Shown here: positions 48,669-58,941 of the stretch, in pieces
Layout: each line of letters opens with the position of its first letter
Position numbering within the stretch: the stretch's first letter is position 1
Assembly: GCA_040877415.1 (NCBI GenBank)
Contig: JBBDNV010000140.1
Coordinates: 6,157 to 70,156, forward strand
Source: Pirellulales bacterium
GTDB lineage: Bacteria; Planctomycetota; Planctomycetia; Pirellulales; PALSA-1355
DNA length: 64,000 bases
Reading direction: 5' to 3'
Notes under the pieces: generated by a model
Seen by the model: the letters and a program-made list of their open reading frames with translations, nothing else
Databases searched by the model: none
Told to the model about the DNA's origin: nothing
Made by a program: the position numbers and the translations under genes

Positions 48669-48927
48669 AACTGATTCGGCGTTTTTGGTAAGGGCAGGGC
48701 CCGCGCTTGCGCACGCGCGCGGCTTGGCAATGGCCCAGTATAGCGGCCGGCCGCTGCCTTGGACAAACGACACCTTGGACAAACGGCCCCTAGCCGACCC
48801 TAGCCGCGCTGCTTATAATCACCCGTTTCCCACCCGTCCCAGCCGACGGGTCTTTTCGTTTAGAAAGCAGGTCACGGAAGGTGCCGGACGAAAGGTTGGG
48901 CGATCTCACCCGACGAGTCGAAAAATC

Positions 48928-50514
48928 GTGAAGCGTAGCCCCCAGGCCACGACTGCCAGTCCAACCGCTCTGGTCGCCGATGAAAAAGTCCTCATCCTCG
49001 ACTTCGGCTCGCAGTATGCTCAACTGATCGCCCGCCGCGTCCGCGAGCAGCACGTCTACTGCGAAATCATCCGCCACGACATCACGCCAAAGCGCATTCG
49101 CCAGCTCGCTCCCAAGGGCATCATCCTTTCCGGCGGTCCGGCCAGCGTTTATGAGCCCGGCGCGCCGAAGTGCGATCCGGAGATTTTCCGCCTGGGCATC
49201 CCCGTATTGGGAATCTGTTACGGGCTGCACCTGGCTTGCGAGGCGCTGGGGGGCCAGGTGAAAAGTTTTCCGTCGCGCGAGTTCGGCCGCGCGAGCGTCC
49301 GCGTCACTTCACACGCCGATCTCTTCGACGGCGTGCCCGACGAGATCGAAGTCTGGATGAGCCACGGCGACCAGGTTTCGACCATGTCCGAAGGTTTCGT
49401 GCCGCTGGCCGAGACGAAAACCTGTCCGGTGGCCGCGGTCAAGCACGCCAGCCTGCCGATCTACGGGCTGCAGTTCCATCCGGAAGTGACGCACACGCCA
49501 TTGGGCTCGAAGCTGCTTGGCAACTTCCTCGTGAAGATTTGCGGTTGCCGGGGCACGTGGCGATTGGGCGACTTTGCCGAACAGGCGGTCGACGAGATCC
49601 GCCGCCGCGTGGGCACCAACCGCGTCGTCTGCGGACTTTCGGGCGGCGTCGATTCTTCGGTCACCGCGGCCTTGATCTACGAGGCCATCGGTGCGCAGCT
49701 TTCATGCATTCTGATCGACAATGGGCTGCTGCGCAAAGCGGAAGAGGCCTCGGTCATCCAGGAATTCTCGAACCATTTCAAAACCGATCTGCACGTGGTG
49801 AAGGCCGAGGACAAGTTCCTGGCGGCCCTGGCCGGCGTCGTCGATCCGCAGGAAAAACGGCGCAGGATCGGCCACGCCTTCATCGAATGTTTTAGCGCCG
49901 AGGCGGCCAGGATCGAAGGCGCCCGCTTCCTGGCACAAGGCACCCTCTATCCCGACGTGATCGAAAGCGGCGCCGCGGCCGACGGCCCGGCCGCCACCAT
50001 CAAGCTGCACCACAACGTCGGCGGACTGCCGAAAGATTTGAGCTTCGAGCTGATCGAGCCGTTGCGCAATCTGTTCAAGGACGAAGTCCGCACGCTGGGC
50101 CTGCAATTGGGATTGCCCGTGGAAATCGTCTGGCGCCATCCGTTTCCCGGTCCCGGGCTGGCCGTGCGCTGCCTGGGCGAAGTCACCCGCCAGCGGCTCG
50201 ACACGCTGCGCGAAGCCGACGCGATTGTCGTCGAGGAAATCAAGGCGGCCGGACTGTATCGGACCACGTCGCAGGCCTTCGCCGTGCTGTTGCCCGTTCA
50301 AAGCGTGGGCGTGATGGGCGATGCCCGCACCTATCAGGATACGGTCGCGGTGCGGGCCGTCACGACCGAAGACTTCATGACGGCCGACTGGAGCCATTTG
50401 CCCCACCAGCTTTTGGCCCGCATCTCGACCCGCATCATCAACGAAGTGTCGCTCGTCAACCGCGTGGTCTACGACATCAGCTCGAAGCCCCCGGCCACGA
50501 TCGAGTGGGAATGA
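48928..50514 (+). CDS. guaA: GMP synthase (glutamine-hydrolysing)
   Basis: GATase motif GICYG, PP-loop [10 protein letters not shown] and C-terminal PPATIEWE. The start is uncertain (GTG at 48928 chosen, about 20 codons before the conserved LILDFGSQY). Confidence 0.9.
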   Translation: MKRSPQATTASPTALVADEKVLILDFGSQYAQLIARRVREQHVYCEIIRHDITPKRIRQLAPKGIILSGGPASVYEPGAPKCDPEIFRLGIPVLGICYGLHLACEALGGQVKSFPSREFGRASVRVTSHADLFDGVPDEIEVWMSHGDQVSTMSEGFVPLAETKTCPVAAVKHASLPIYGLQFHPEVTHTPLGSKLLGNFLVKICGCRGTWRLGDFAEQAVDEIRRRVGTNRVVCGLSGGVDSSVTAALIYEAIGAQLSCILIDNGLLRKAEEASVIQEFSNHFKTDLHVVKAEDKFLAALAGVVDPQEKRRRIGHAFIECFSAEAARIEGARFLAQGTLYPDVIESGAAADGPAATIKLHHNVGGLPKDLSFELIEPLRNLFKDEVRTLGLQLGLPVEIVWRHPFPGPGLAVRCLGEVTRQRLDTLREADAIVVEEIKAAGLYRTTSQAFAVLLPVQSVGVMGDARTYQDTVAVRAVTTEDFMTADWSHLPHQLLARISTRIINEVSLVNRVVYDISSKPPATIEWE

Positions 50515-50567
50515 ATGAACGTTGAGCCCCCGGCCCACCGGGCCGGGCGCCGCGTGAAGCCGCCACT

Positions 50568-50902
50568 AGCCCGAAGCGCAACAGGATTATGCAAGTGCAA
50601 GCAGAAGGTCCGTCAACTATGGTGGGCCGTAGGCCCAACCTGCAATAGCCAGGGGCAACGCCCCTGGACTCCGGTTTCAAAGCAACGTTTTGTTAGCCCC
50701 AACGGGGCGATCTGAGAGCGCCCCGTTGGGGCTTGAAGAGCACGTTGTCTCACCAGTTCCAGGGGCTGCGCCCCTGGCTATCGCAGGTCGCCGCGTTGCG
50801 GCTGCATTCCGGCATCGGCGATCAGACGCTGTCACTTGCATAATCCTGGCCAGCGAGGGAGCATAGCGTTTGAGCGGTTCTCCCTCGCTGGCGCTTCGGG
50901 CT
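50568..50902. repeat. Composite nested palindrome A[B[C[D]C']B']A' built from four hairpin-repeat units
   Basis: - A: AGCCCGAAGCGCA (50568) ... AGCGAGGGA-N19-TCCCTCGCTGGCGCTTCGGGCT (50902).
- B: AGGATTATGCAAGTG (50583) / CACTTGCATAATCCT (50847).
- C: ACCTGCAATAGCCAGGGGCAACGCCCCTGG / CCAGGGGCTGCGCCCCTGGCTATCGCAGGT.
- D: AGCCCCAACGGGGCG-N9-CGCCCCGTTGGGGCT (50694-50732). Confidence 0.85.
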
Positions 50903-50975
50903 AATGGCAACAAAAAACGCCGGCGGCGCACACGCGCCGCCGGCTTTCGAAGCAGAATCAGCCCACCGATTCTCC

Positions 50976-52106
50976 TTAATTCGTGATCAGGAACGAACCG
51001 TTGTTGGCCACGGGCAACAGCGGCAAGCCCTTGCGGCCCGAGATGGTCGGGCTGACGGCCTTGCCGCCGAAGTACCAGGTCACGCCGGCGCCGAAGGCCC
51101 ATTCCTGCTCGATGGAGCCGACGGTTCCGCTGGCCGAGCCGGGTTCGGAAAACGTGAAGTTGCCGTACAGCGCCAGATAGTCGCTCAACGGCGCCTGGCC
51201 CAACAAGCCAAAGACCCAACTGCCGATGTCGGCCGGGTCGTGGCCGCCGATGTAGACCATCGTCTGGCCGCCGAAATCAAAATTGTGCCGCCAGTACACG
51301 TTGTACTGGTTCATGGCCCGCACCGGCGGCGGCGAAATCAGGAAGACCGAGTCATCGCCCGTCGTGCGCAAAACACCCCACAGGCCAAACTCGTTCCACT
51401 CGCTTGTGGCGTAACCGATGATGGCGCGCAACTGGCCGACGTACAGCTCGCTGGCAAACACGCCCCACTGGTGGGCCCAGAACTGGTCGTAGACCAGTCC
51501 CCAGCAAACGCGGTCGCCGTAGCACACTTCGCTGCGCTTGTACACGCCGAGCGTGACGAACGTCTGTTGTTCGGAGGAGGAGGTGGACACCGTGTCGCGG
51601 CCCTTGAAGTCGTAGACGCCGTAGCTGGCGCCGATTTGTCCACGGATGTTCTCCAACGACCACAGCGAGAAGCCGGTGTTGACCGTACCGACCAGGCCGG
51701 CGCTGTTCATGAAACTAGGCGGAGTGAAGATCGCGGCAGAGGCGTCGCCCAGCGACTTGTACGCTTCGCCGCCGAAGGAGAACAGCGTGTTGTCGCGCCA
51801 CGTGCCGACGTCGCAGTAATCGCAACAGGCGTCGCAACCATTGTCACAACATCCCGACGAACCGGTCGCCGCCGCCGCCGCACCGTCCGACGGCGAAGCC
51901 TGTTGCTTCTCGCCGCCCGCAAAATAGCTGCTCTGCGTGGGAGCCTGCGAGTAGTACGACGAAACATACGGCTGATTGGTCGCGTACGGCTGGTTCGTCG
52001 AAGCCACCGAATGCAAGAACGAATAATCCTGGGCCCGGGCGACGCCGGGCAAGCTTAGGATCGCGGGCACAAGCGCAGCCGCTACCCGCAGAAGAGAGTT
52101 TCGCAT
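50976..52106 (-). CDS. Putative outer-membrane beta-barrel protein with a Cys-rich N-terminal segment
   Basis: Signal peptide MRNSLLRVAAALVPAILSLPGVARAQ, cluster GSSGCCDNGCDACCDYCD, then a Gly/aromatic-rich alternating pattern. The start was set at the ATG complement at 52106. Confidence 0.55.
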   Translation of the reverse strand: MRNSLLRVAAALVPAILSLPGVARAQDYSFLHSVASTNQPYATNQPYVSSYYSQAPTQSSYFAGGEKQQASPSDGAAAAATGSSGCCDNGCDACCDYCDVGTWRDNTLFSFGGEAYKSLGDASAAIFTPPSFMNSAGLVGTVNTGFSLWSLENIRGQIGASYGVYDFKGRDTVSTSSSEQQTFVTLGVYKRSEVCYGDRVCWGLVYDQFWAHQWGVFASELYVGQLRAIIGYATSEWNEFGLWGVLRTTGDDSVFLISPPPVRAMNQYNVYWRHNFDFGGQTMVYIGGHDPADIGSWVFGLLGQAPLSDYLALYGNFTFSEPGSASGTVGSIEQEWAFGAGVTWYFGGKAVSPTISGRKGLPLLPVANNGSFLITN

Positions 52107-52650
52107 GACGTCCGCCTCCATTGTCACGTCTTTTTTGGGGGTGGGCGGCACATCCTTGGCCGCCTCATGTGCAGTTGGGGCCTGCACGGCCCTGGCAGTT
52201 TACCCACCGCAGTGCGCTTCACCGTCGCGAGCCGGATGGCTCGCCTGGTTGGAACCGCCCGTTCCATCGCTGCGACTGGTTGATGCCCTTTCAAGCTCAT
52301 TGATCGAACGAACGGAGCGATCGGAAAACTTTTTCGCCGCCAACCCATGCAAGCCGAACAGCCCAAAGGCTTACCGCAGGCGAGAAATCTTGCCGACCCA
52401 GCAGGATCGCGCGTCGCGCTGGGCTGGCGTGGGTCAAAGTGCGGCGACGTTGCCGGCGAAGACTAGCCAAATGCGGTGTCTCGCAGGCGAAATCCCCTCG
52501 CCCGCCAGACTGTTTCAATCGCGGCGACTTTGACGTTTAGCGTGCCCTGTCCGCCCGCTGGCCAACTGCTAAAATGCTGTGCCGCGGCATCGTTGGGCCG
52601 CGCGACGATCCATCCACCAGCCCCCGGCTCCGCCGGCGTTCGACCGCTCG

Positions 52651-54324
<1,674 letters not shown>

Positions 54325-54340
54325 GGCATCGTTTTCAATA

Positions 54341-54415
54341 ACCACGACGACACGACGAGCACGACTGAGAGTGTTTTTTGGTTTTTGTCCGTCGTGCTCA
54401 TCGTGTCGTCGTGGT
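54341..54415 (+). terminator. Very long hairpin (25-bp stem) after ettA, with a T-rich loop; terminator and/or REP-like element
   Basis: ACCACGACGACACGACGAGCACGAC - 25 nt (tgagagtgttttttggtttttgtcc) - GTCGTGCTCATCGTGTCGTCGTGGT, with one mismatch. Confidence 0.55.
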
Positions 54416-54566
54416 CAAATCTCGCTCGTTTTCTCCCCCTTGCGTCCTTGGTGCCTTGGTGGTTTCTCATGCCTTCCCTTTTCTGAGCGAGGCGCTTGCA
54501 TCGCCGGTCGTGAAAGACGACACTTTTTTCTGGAGCTTTTCGACCACCCTTGTAAGGAAACCACCC

Positions 54567-55058
54567 ATGAACGCTCACGGAGCCTTTCGGGCCGGAATCT
54601 CAGGCGGCCAGAATCTCGTCGAAACCTATATCAAGGATCTGAGCGACGCCGACCTGCTGGTGCGGGCCGTACCCGGCACGAATCACATCGCCTGGCAGCT
54701 CGGCCATCTGATCGCCGCCGAAAACGCGATGCTCGAAGCCGTCCGCCCCGGCTCGATGCCCAAGCTGCCGGCCGGCTTCCGCGAACGGCACAGCAAGGAG
54801 AAGGCCAACAGCGACGACGCGAAAGACTTCCTGACCAAGGACCAGTATCTAAAACTCTTCAAAGAGCAACGCTCCGCCACGCTCAAGGCGCTGGAGAGCA
54901 TGAGCGAAGCCGATTTCGACGGTCCCGTGCCCGAGCCCTTGTCCCAGTACCTGCGCAACGTCGGCGACGTGTTTTCGATGCAGGGCACGCACTGGGTGAT
55001 GCACGCCGGCCAATGGGCCCTGATCCGCCGCAAGCTCGGCCATCCGCCGTTGTTTTGA
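54567..55058 (+). CDS. DinB-family (DinB_2-like) protein
   Basis: NHIAWQLGHLIAAENAML and THWVMHAGQ His-containing helices typical of the four-helix DinB fold. Confidence 0.65.
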   Translation: MNAHGAFRAGISGGQNLVETYIKDLSDADLLVRAVPGTNHIAWQLGHLIAAENAMLEAVRPGSMPKLPAGFRERHSKEKANSDDAKDFLTKDQYLKLFKEQRSATLKALESMSEADFDGPVPEPLSQYLRNVGDVFSMQGTHWVMHAGQWALIRRKLGHPPLF

Positions 55059-55077
55059 TGTCGTCGCGCCCGGGCTC

Positions 55078-55107
55078 TTGACCCGTGACGCCGCTTGCTC
55101 CTATATA
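55078..55107 (+). promoter_or_regulatory. Candidate sigma-70-type promoter
   Basis: TTGACC-N18-TATATA, about 90 nt upstream of the GTG at 55195. Confidence 0.45.
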
Positions 55108-55194
55108 TCAAGCTATGCGAGAGGGCTCCGGTGCGGCGGCCGCGCCGGCCGCGCGCAGCGCAAGAATTCTCAACAACACACGAGGTGGACTGCC

Positions 55195-55374
55195 GTGACA
55201 ATTGTGCGAGTCGGTACGACGAAAAAGTATGCGGATGGTTGGGAAACCGCCTTTGGCAAGGGCAAGCGGAAAGTCGGGCCCGCGGCCAAGAAAGCCGCGG
55301 CCAAAAAAGCCGCCAAAAAGTCGGCCAAACCAGCCGCCAAGAAAAGGTCCCCCGCGAAGGCCAAGAAGAAATAG
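55195..55374 (+). CDS. Small Lys/Ala-rich basic protein (histone H1-like tail)
   Basis: GAGGTGG lies 6 nt before the GTG. VTIVRVGTTKKYADGWETAFGKGKRKVGPAAKKAAAKKAAKKSAKPAAKKRSPAKAKKK. Confidence 0.5.
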   Translation: MTIVRVGTTKKYADGWETAFGKGKRKVGPAAKKAAAKKAAKKSAKPAAKKRSPAKAKKK

Positions 55375-55433
55375 GCTGGCAGTGATGGACCCGTTTAGCC
55401 CGGAGCCACCGGCGACGGCGCGACCCAGGTTCA

Positions 55434-55997
55434 CTACGCCCGCGACAGAAACTCGCCGGTGCGGGTGTCGATCTTCACCACTTCGCCCTGCGACAGATAC
55501 TCGGGCACTTGCACAACCAGTCCGGTCTGGAGTTTCGCCGGCTTGGTGCGGCTGGTGGCCGAGTTGCCGCGAAGGCCCGGGTCGCACTCGATCACTTTCA
55601 GTTCCACGACCACCGGCAGTTGCAGTCCGACGCACTCGTCGTTGTAGATCATCGCCAGCACGCCTTCGAGCTCTGCGGTCAGGTAGGGCGCTTCGCCGGC
55701 CACCTCGTCGAGCGCGAGCGAATATTGGTTGTAGTCCTGCTGGTCGAGAAAGTGCATGTGTGATTGGTCGGCGTACATGAACTTGATCGCTCGGCGCTGG
55801 AAATCGGCCTCGCCCAGCGATTCGCCGCCGCGCAGCACGATGTCGATTTTCTGTTTCGTCACCAGGTTGCGGGCGCGGTACTTATAGATCGTCGCCGCGC
55901 CCCGCGCCGAGGGGCTCTGCACGCTGATCGACTCGATGATGCAGGGGGCCTGGTTGTAGTTGACCACCATGCCGTTTTTGATGTCTTTGGCAAGCAT
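55434..55997 (-). CDS. efp: Elongation factor P
   Basis: 187 aa; MLAKDIKNGMVV..., KPAKLQTGLVVQVPEYL. Confidence 0.95.
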   Translation of the reverse strand: MLAKDIKNGMVVNYNQAPCIIESISVQSPSARGAATIYKYRARNLVTKQKIDIVLRGGESLGEADFQRRAIKFMYADQSHMHFLDQQDYNQYSLALDEVAGEAPYLTAELEGVLAMIYNDECVGLQLPVVVELKVIECDPGLRGNSATSRTKPAKLQTGLVVQVPEYLSQGEVVKIDTRTGEFLSRA

Positions 55998-56035
55998 GAA
56001 CGATTCACCAATCCTTAATCCCCAACACCTAACCC

Positions 56036-56524
56036 CTATAACAGCGTGCCGGATTGCGGATCCACTCCCACTCCCCCGGTCAGTTCGACCACGGCGTCGA
56101 GCACGATCAACAGCATACTGGGGTCGAGCATTTCGTCCAATTCGTCTTCCGGCTCGCCGCCGGTGGTTTGCTCGAAGTGCAACAGGTCGAACCGCGCGTC
56201 GAACTTCTTGAGCCGCCGGAGCTTGGCCCGCTCGTCCTCGTCGGCCAGCGAGCCTTTGAGCTCCTGTTCCAGCACCGCGGTTTGCTCGACCACTTCCTCG
56301 CCCGACATGTAGCTGACGTCGAGCGCGGCGTAGTCGTCGGGCGACATCACCGTGATCGATTCGAAGCGGCCGTCCTCATCGGCCCGGGCGTTGGACAATT
56401 GGAACCGGTCGCTCAGATTGTGCAACATGCGTTCCACTTTCTTGAGCGTCGGCCGATTGCTGGAATCGAACAGCACGAAGTAGGTTTCGCGCCATTTGTA
56501 TTCCTCGCGTTCGAAAGTGGACAT
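56036..56524 (-). CDS. Acidic hypothetical protein (162 aa)
   Basis: Good coding bias. It lies 38 nt upstream of efp on the same strand. No known motif. Confidence 0.5.
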   Translation of the reverse strand: MSTFEREEYKWRETYFVLFDSSNRPTLKKVERMLHNLSDRFQLSNARADEDGRFESITVMSPDDYAALDVSYMSGEEVVEQTAVLEQELKGSLADEDERAKLRRLKKFDARFDLLHFEQTTGGEPEDELDEMLDPSMLLIVLDAVVELTGGVGVDPQSGTLL

Positions 56525-56622
56525 GAGGCGGGCCTGAGTATTCTTCAGTCGGGGCCTTCGACCCCGAATTCTCCGAACTCGCCGGCCTCAGCGAGGCCGG
56601 CTACAACAACTCCATAGTGAGT

Positions 56623-56859
56623 CTAGCGGTCCCATTCTTCCTCCGCCGGACCCAGCCCGCCCTGCCAGGTTTCCAACGAATGGAGCATCTCGTCGCGTTC
56701 CTGTTGGTTGCCCCACACGCTCTCCCCCTGTTCCAGGCGAATCTCGTACTGTCCTTCGCGTTCGCAGTCCTCGGCGCCGCAGAAGTGCGGCGTCGACGCC
56801 ACCCACATGACGCGGTATAAGGGGATGTTCTTGTCGTCAACCGTGCAGAAAATCGTCAT
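56623..56859 (-). CDS. Hypothetical protein (78 aa)
   Basis: It fits between proC and the 162-aa ORF on the same strand. No known motif. Confidence 0.4.
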   Translation of the reverse strand: MTIFCTVDDKNIPLYRVMWVASTPHFCGAEDCEREGQYEIRLEQGESVWGNQQERDEMLHSLETWQGGLGPAEEEWDR

Positions 56860-56958
56860 CTCTTGTTACCCCGATCACAAACGCTCTCCAGGGGCGCCGC
56901 TCGCCACGTTCGAGGGGCGAACCATCGTCTCGGCGCCACGCCCTCGACTCGACGGCCA

Positions 56959-57768
56959 TTATACTCCTGCGAGTTCCACCGATCTGTGCGTGGCGGCTTC
57001 GACGGCCGCCATCAGCGTACCGCGAATTCCGCCCGCTTCCAGGGCCTCGAGTCCGGCCATCGTCGTTCCGCCCGGGCTGGCCACGCGGTCTTTTAAGACG
57101 GCCGGATGCTCGCCCGTTTCCAGCACCATCTGCGCCGCCCCGCGCACGGTCTGTGCCGCCAGCGCCAGCGCCACGTCGCGCTTCAGGCCCATTCGCACTC
57201 CGCCGTCGGCCAGCGCTTCGATGATCACGCACACGAACGCGGGGCCCGAGCCCGATAGTCCCGTCACGGCGTCCAATAGCGGCTCGTCCACGGCAAAGGC
57301 CAGACCCACGGCCGACAGCAACTCGTCGACCAGCTTGGCGTCGTCGCCCGTGGTCCGCGGCCCCATACAGTAACCGCTCGCGCTTTGTCCGATCAGGCAC
57401 GGCGTATTGGGCATCACGCGCACCAGCCGCGCCCCGCCTAAAGCGGCGTCCAGCGTGGCCAGCCTCACGCCCGCGGCGATCGAAATCACGAGCTTGCCCG
57501 CCGTCACCGCGGCCAACGGCGCCATGGCCGCAGCGATCTGCTGCGGCTTGGTGGCCAAAAACAGAATGTCGGCCTCTTTGCCCAGGCTGGCATTGTCCGC
57601 CATCACGCGCGCTCGGCCCACCGTTTTCTGGAACGACTCGATCGCTTGTGGGCTCGGATCGCAGGCCAGGATCCGTTCGGGCACGACCAGGCCGGCTTTG
57701 ACGAACCCGGCCGCCAGGGCGCGGGCCATTTGTCCGGCCCCGATAAAACCAATCGTGTAATCTTGCAT
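56959..57768 (-). CDS. proC: Pyrroline-5-carboxylate reductase
   Basis: IGFIGAGQMARAL Rossmann N-terminus and C-terminal SPGGTTMAGLEALE. Confidence 0.9.
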   Translation of the reverse strand: MQDYTIGFIGAGQMARALAAGFVKAGLVVPERILACDPSPQAIESFQKTVGRARVMADNASLGKEADILFLATKPQQIAAAMAPLAAVTAGKLVISIAAGVRLATLDAALGGARLVRVMPNTPCLIGQSASGYCMGPRTTGDDAKLVDELLSAVGLAFAVDEPLLDAVTGLSGSGPAFVCVIIEALADGGVRMGLKRDVALALAAQTVRGAAQMVLETGEHPAVLKDRVASPGGTTMAGLEALEAGGIRGTLMAAVEAATHRSVELAGV

Positions 57769-58101
57769 GCGTGCAGCCGAATTGAGTGACCAGCGTGGAA
57801 CGAAACCGTGCGCGTCGCAGCCGACCGCAACACCCGTTTCGTTAATCTAAAACCGCGGGCCGGTGCCTGCAAGGAAGACGGTCTTGCCCAAAGGTGACGT
57901 CCGCGTCGTCAGGGTCCCGGGCCGGGCCGTACACCCAGTAGCTTTCGCGGCCGGGACGGTGGTGCTAGCGATCGGCCGCCGTCGGCCAAATCCGTCTGGA
58001 CACGGGCGGGGGAATCTGCGATTCTTCGCCCCCGCGTCGCCCGTCGTCGGCGGTTCACCCGCTCGCCCAAGGGCGCCGTCCCTTCGATTGGAGTTCTTCC
58101 C

Positions 58102-58494
58102 ATGAGAATTGCAGCCATTCTGCCGCTGTTGGTTTGTTATTTCGCCGCGAGCGTGCCCCCTGCGCGGGCCGAAGGTTGTTCGCCGTTTGGATGGCTGTGC
58201 TGTTCCCGGCACACGCCGCAGGCCATCGAGACAACCAACGTCTCGAACACCTCAAAAACGCCGCCCGTGTTCACCAAGATGACGGGCGGCACGAAGCGGT
58301 TCGTCTCGGGCACCAAGAACCTGTTCGTGGCCAAGAAACCACCGGCGAAAAAACGCGGCGTCACGGCGACCCACCGGGCCGCGCGTGCCGAACCGCCGAA
58401 GCAGGGCTTTTTCCAACGCTGGTTCAACCCCGAGCCACCGCCGCCTCCCAGAACCGTCGAGGAGTGGATGTCGCTCGAGCAGATTCATCCGTAG
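58102..58494 (+). CDS. Secreted basic hypothetical protein
   Basis: Signal peptide MRIAAILPLLVCYFAASVPPARA, then CSPFGWLCC and a Lys/Pro-rich tail. Confidence 0.45.
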   Translation: MRIAAILPLLVCYFAASVPPARAEGCSPFGWLCCSRHTPQAIETTNVSNTSKTPPVFTKMTGGTKRFVSGTKNLFVAKKPPAKKRGVTATHRAARAEPPKQGFFQRWFNPEPPPPPRTVEEWMSLEQIHP

Positions 58495-58580
58495 CCCACG
58501 TTGCCGCCGCTGGGCCGCGGTCCGCTGGCCTCCCAAGTTCATGGACTCGTTGCCACCAGGCTCGATTGCGTAGCGTTCTC

Positions 58581-58799
58581 ATGCCCCTTCCATTCTCTGC
58601 ACTTCTGGCTTTCGGCCGCCGTCTGGCGGTGTTGGCAACGGCGCCTGCCTGCCTGGCCAGCCTCGGTTGTGCCGGACCCGCCTGGGCCGACTACGAGACG
58701 ACCCGGGCCGTGGACTCCGCGGCAGCCGACGACTCGTTCCCCTCAGCCGCCGAAGTCGGTTTGGCCGCCAACAGCACGACCGGCAACGACGAGCGCTGA
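58581..58799 (+). CDS. Possible small secreted protein (72 aa)
   Basis: MPLPFSALLAFGRRLAVLATAPACLASLGCAGPAWA is signal-like. It competes with an overlapping alternative-frame ORF. Weak. Confidence 0.25.
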   Translation: MPLPFSALLAFGRRLAVLATAPACLASLGCAGPAWADYETTRAVDSAAADDSFPSAAEVGLAANSTTGNDER

Positions 58800-58941
58800 G
58801 CAATTCTCGTTCCTCTTCCCGTCGCCCGCCTTGGCGCGTGGTCGGTGGCAGTTCGCCCCCTTGGCCAGTAAAATGATCCGGCGGCCTCTCGGCCGCGCTC
58901 TCTAAAGAGCCGGCGTCGGAACGCTCAGGAGGAAATGTGCC

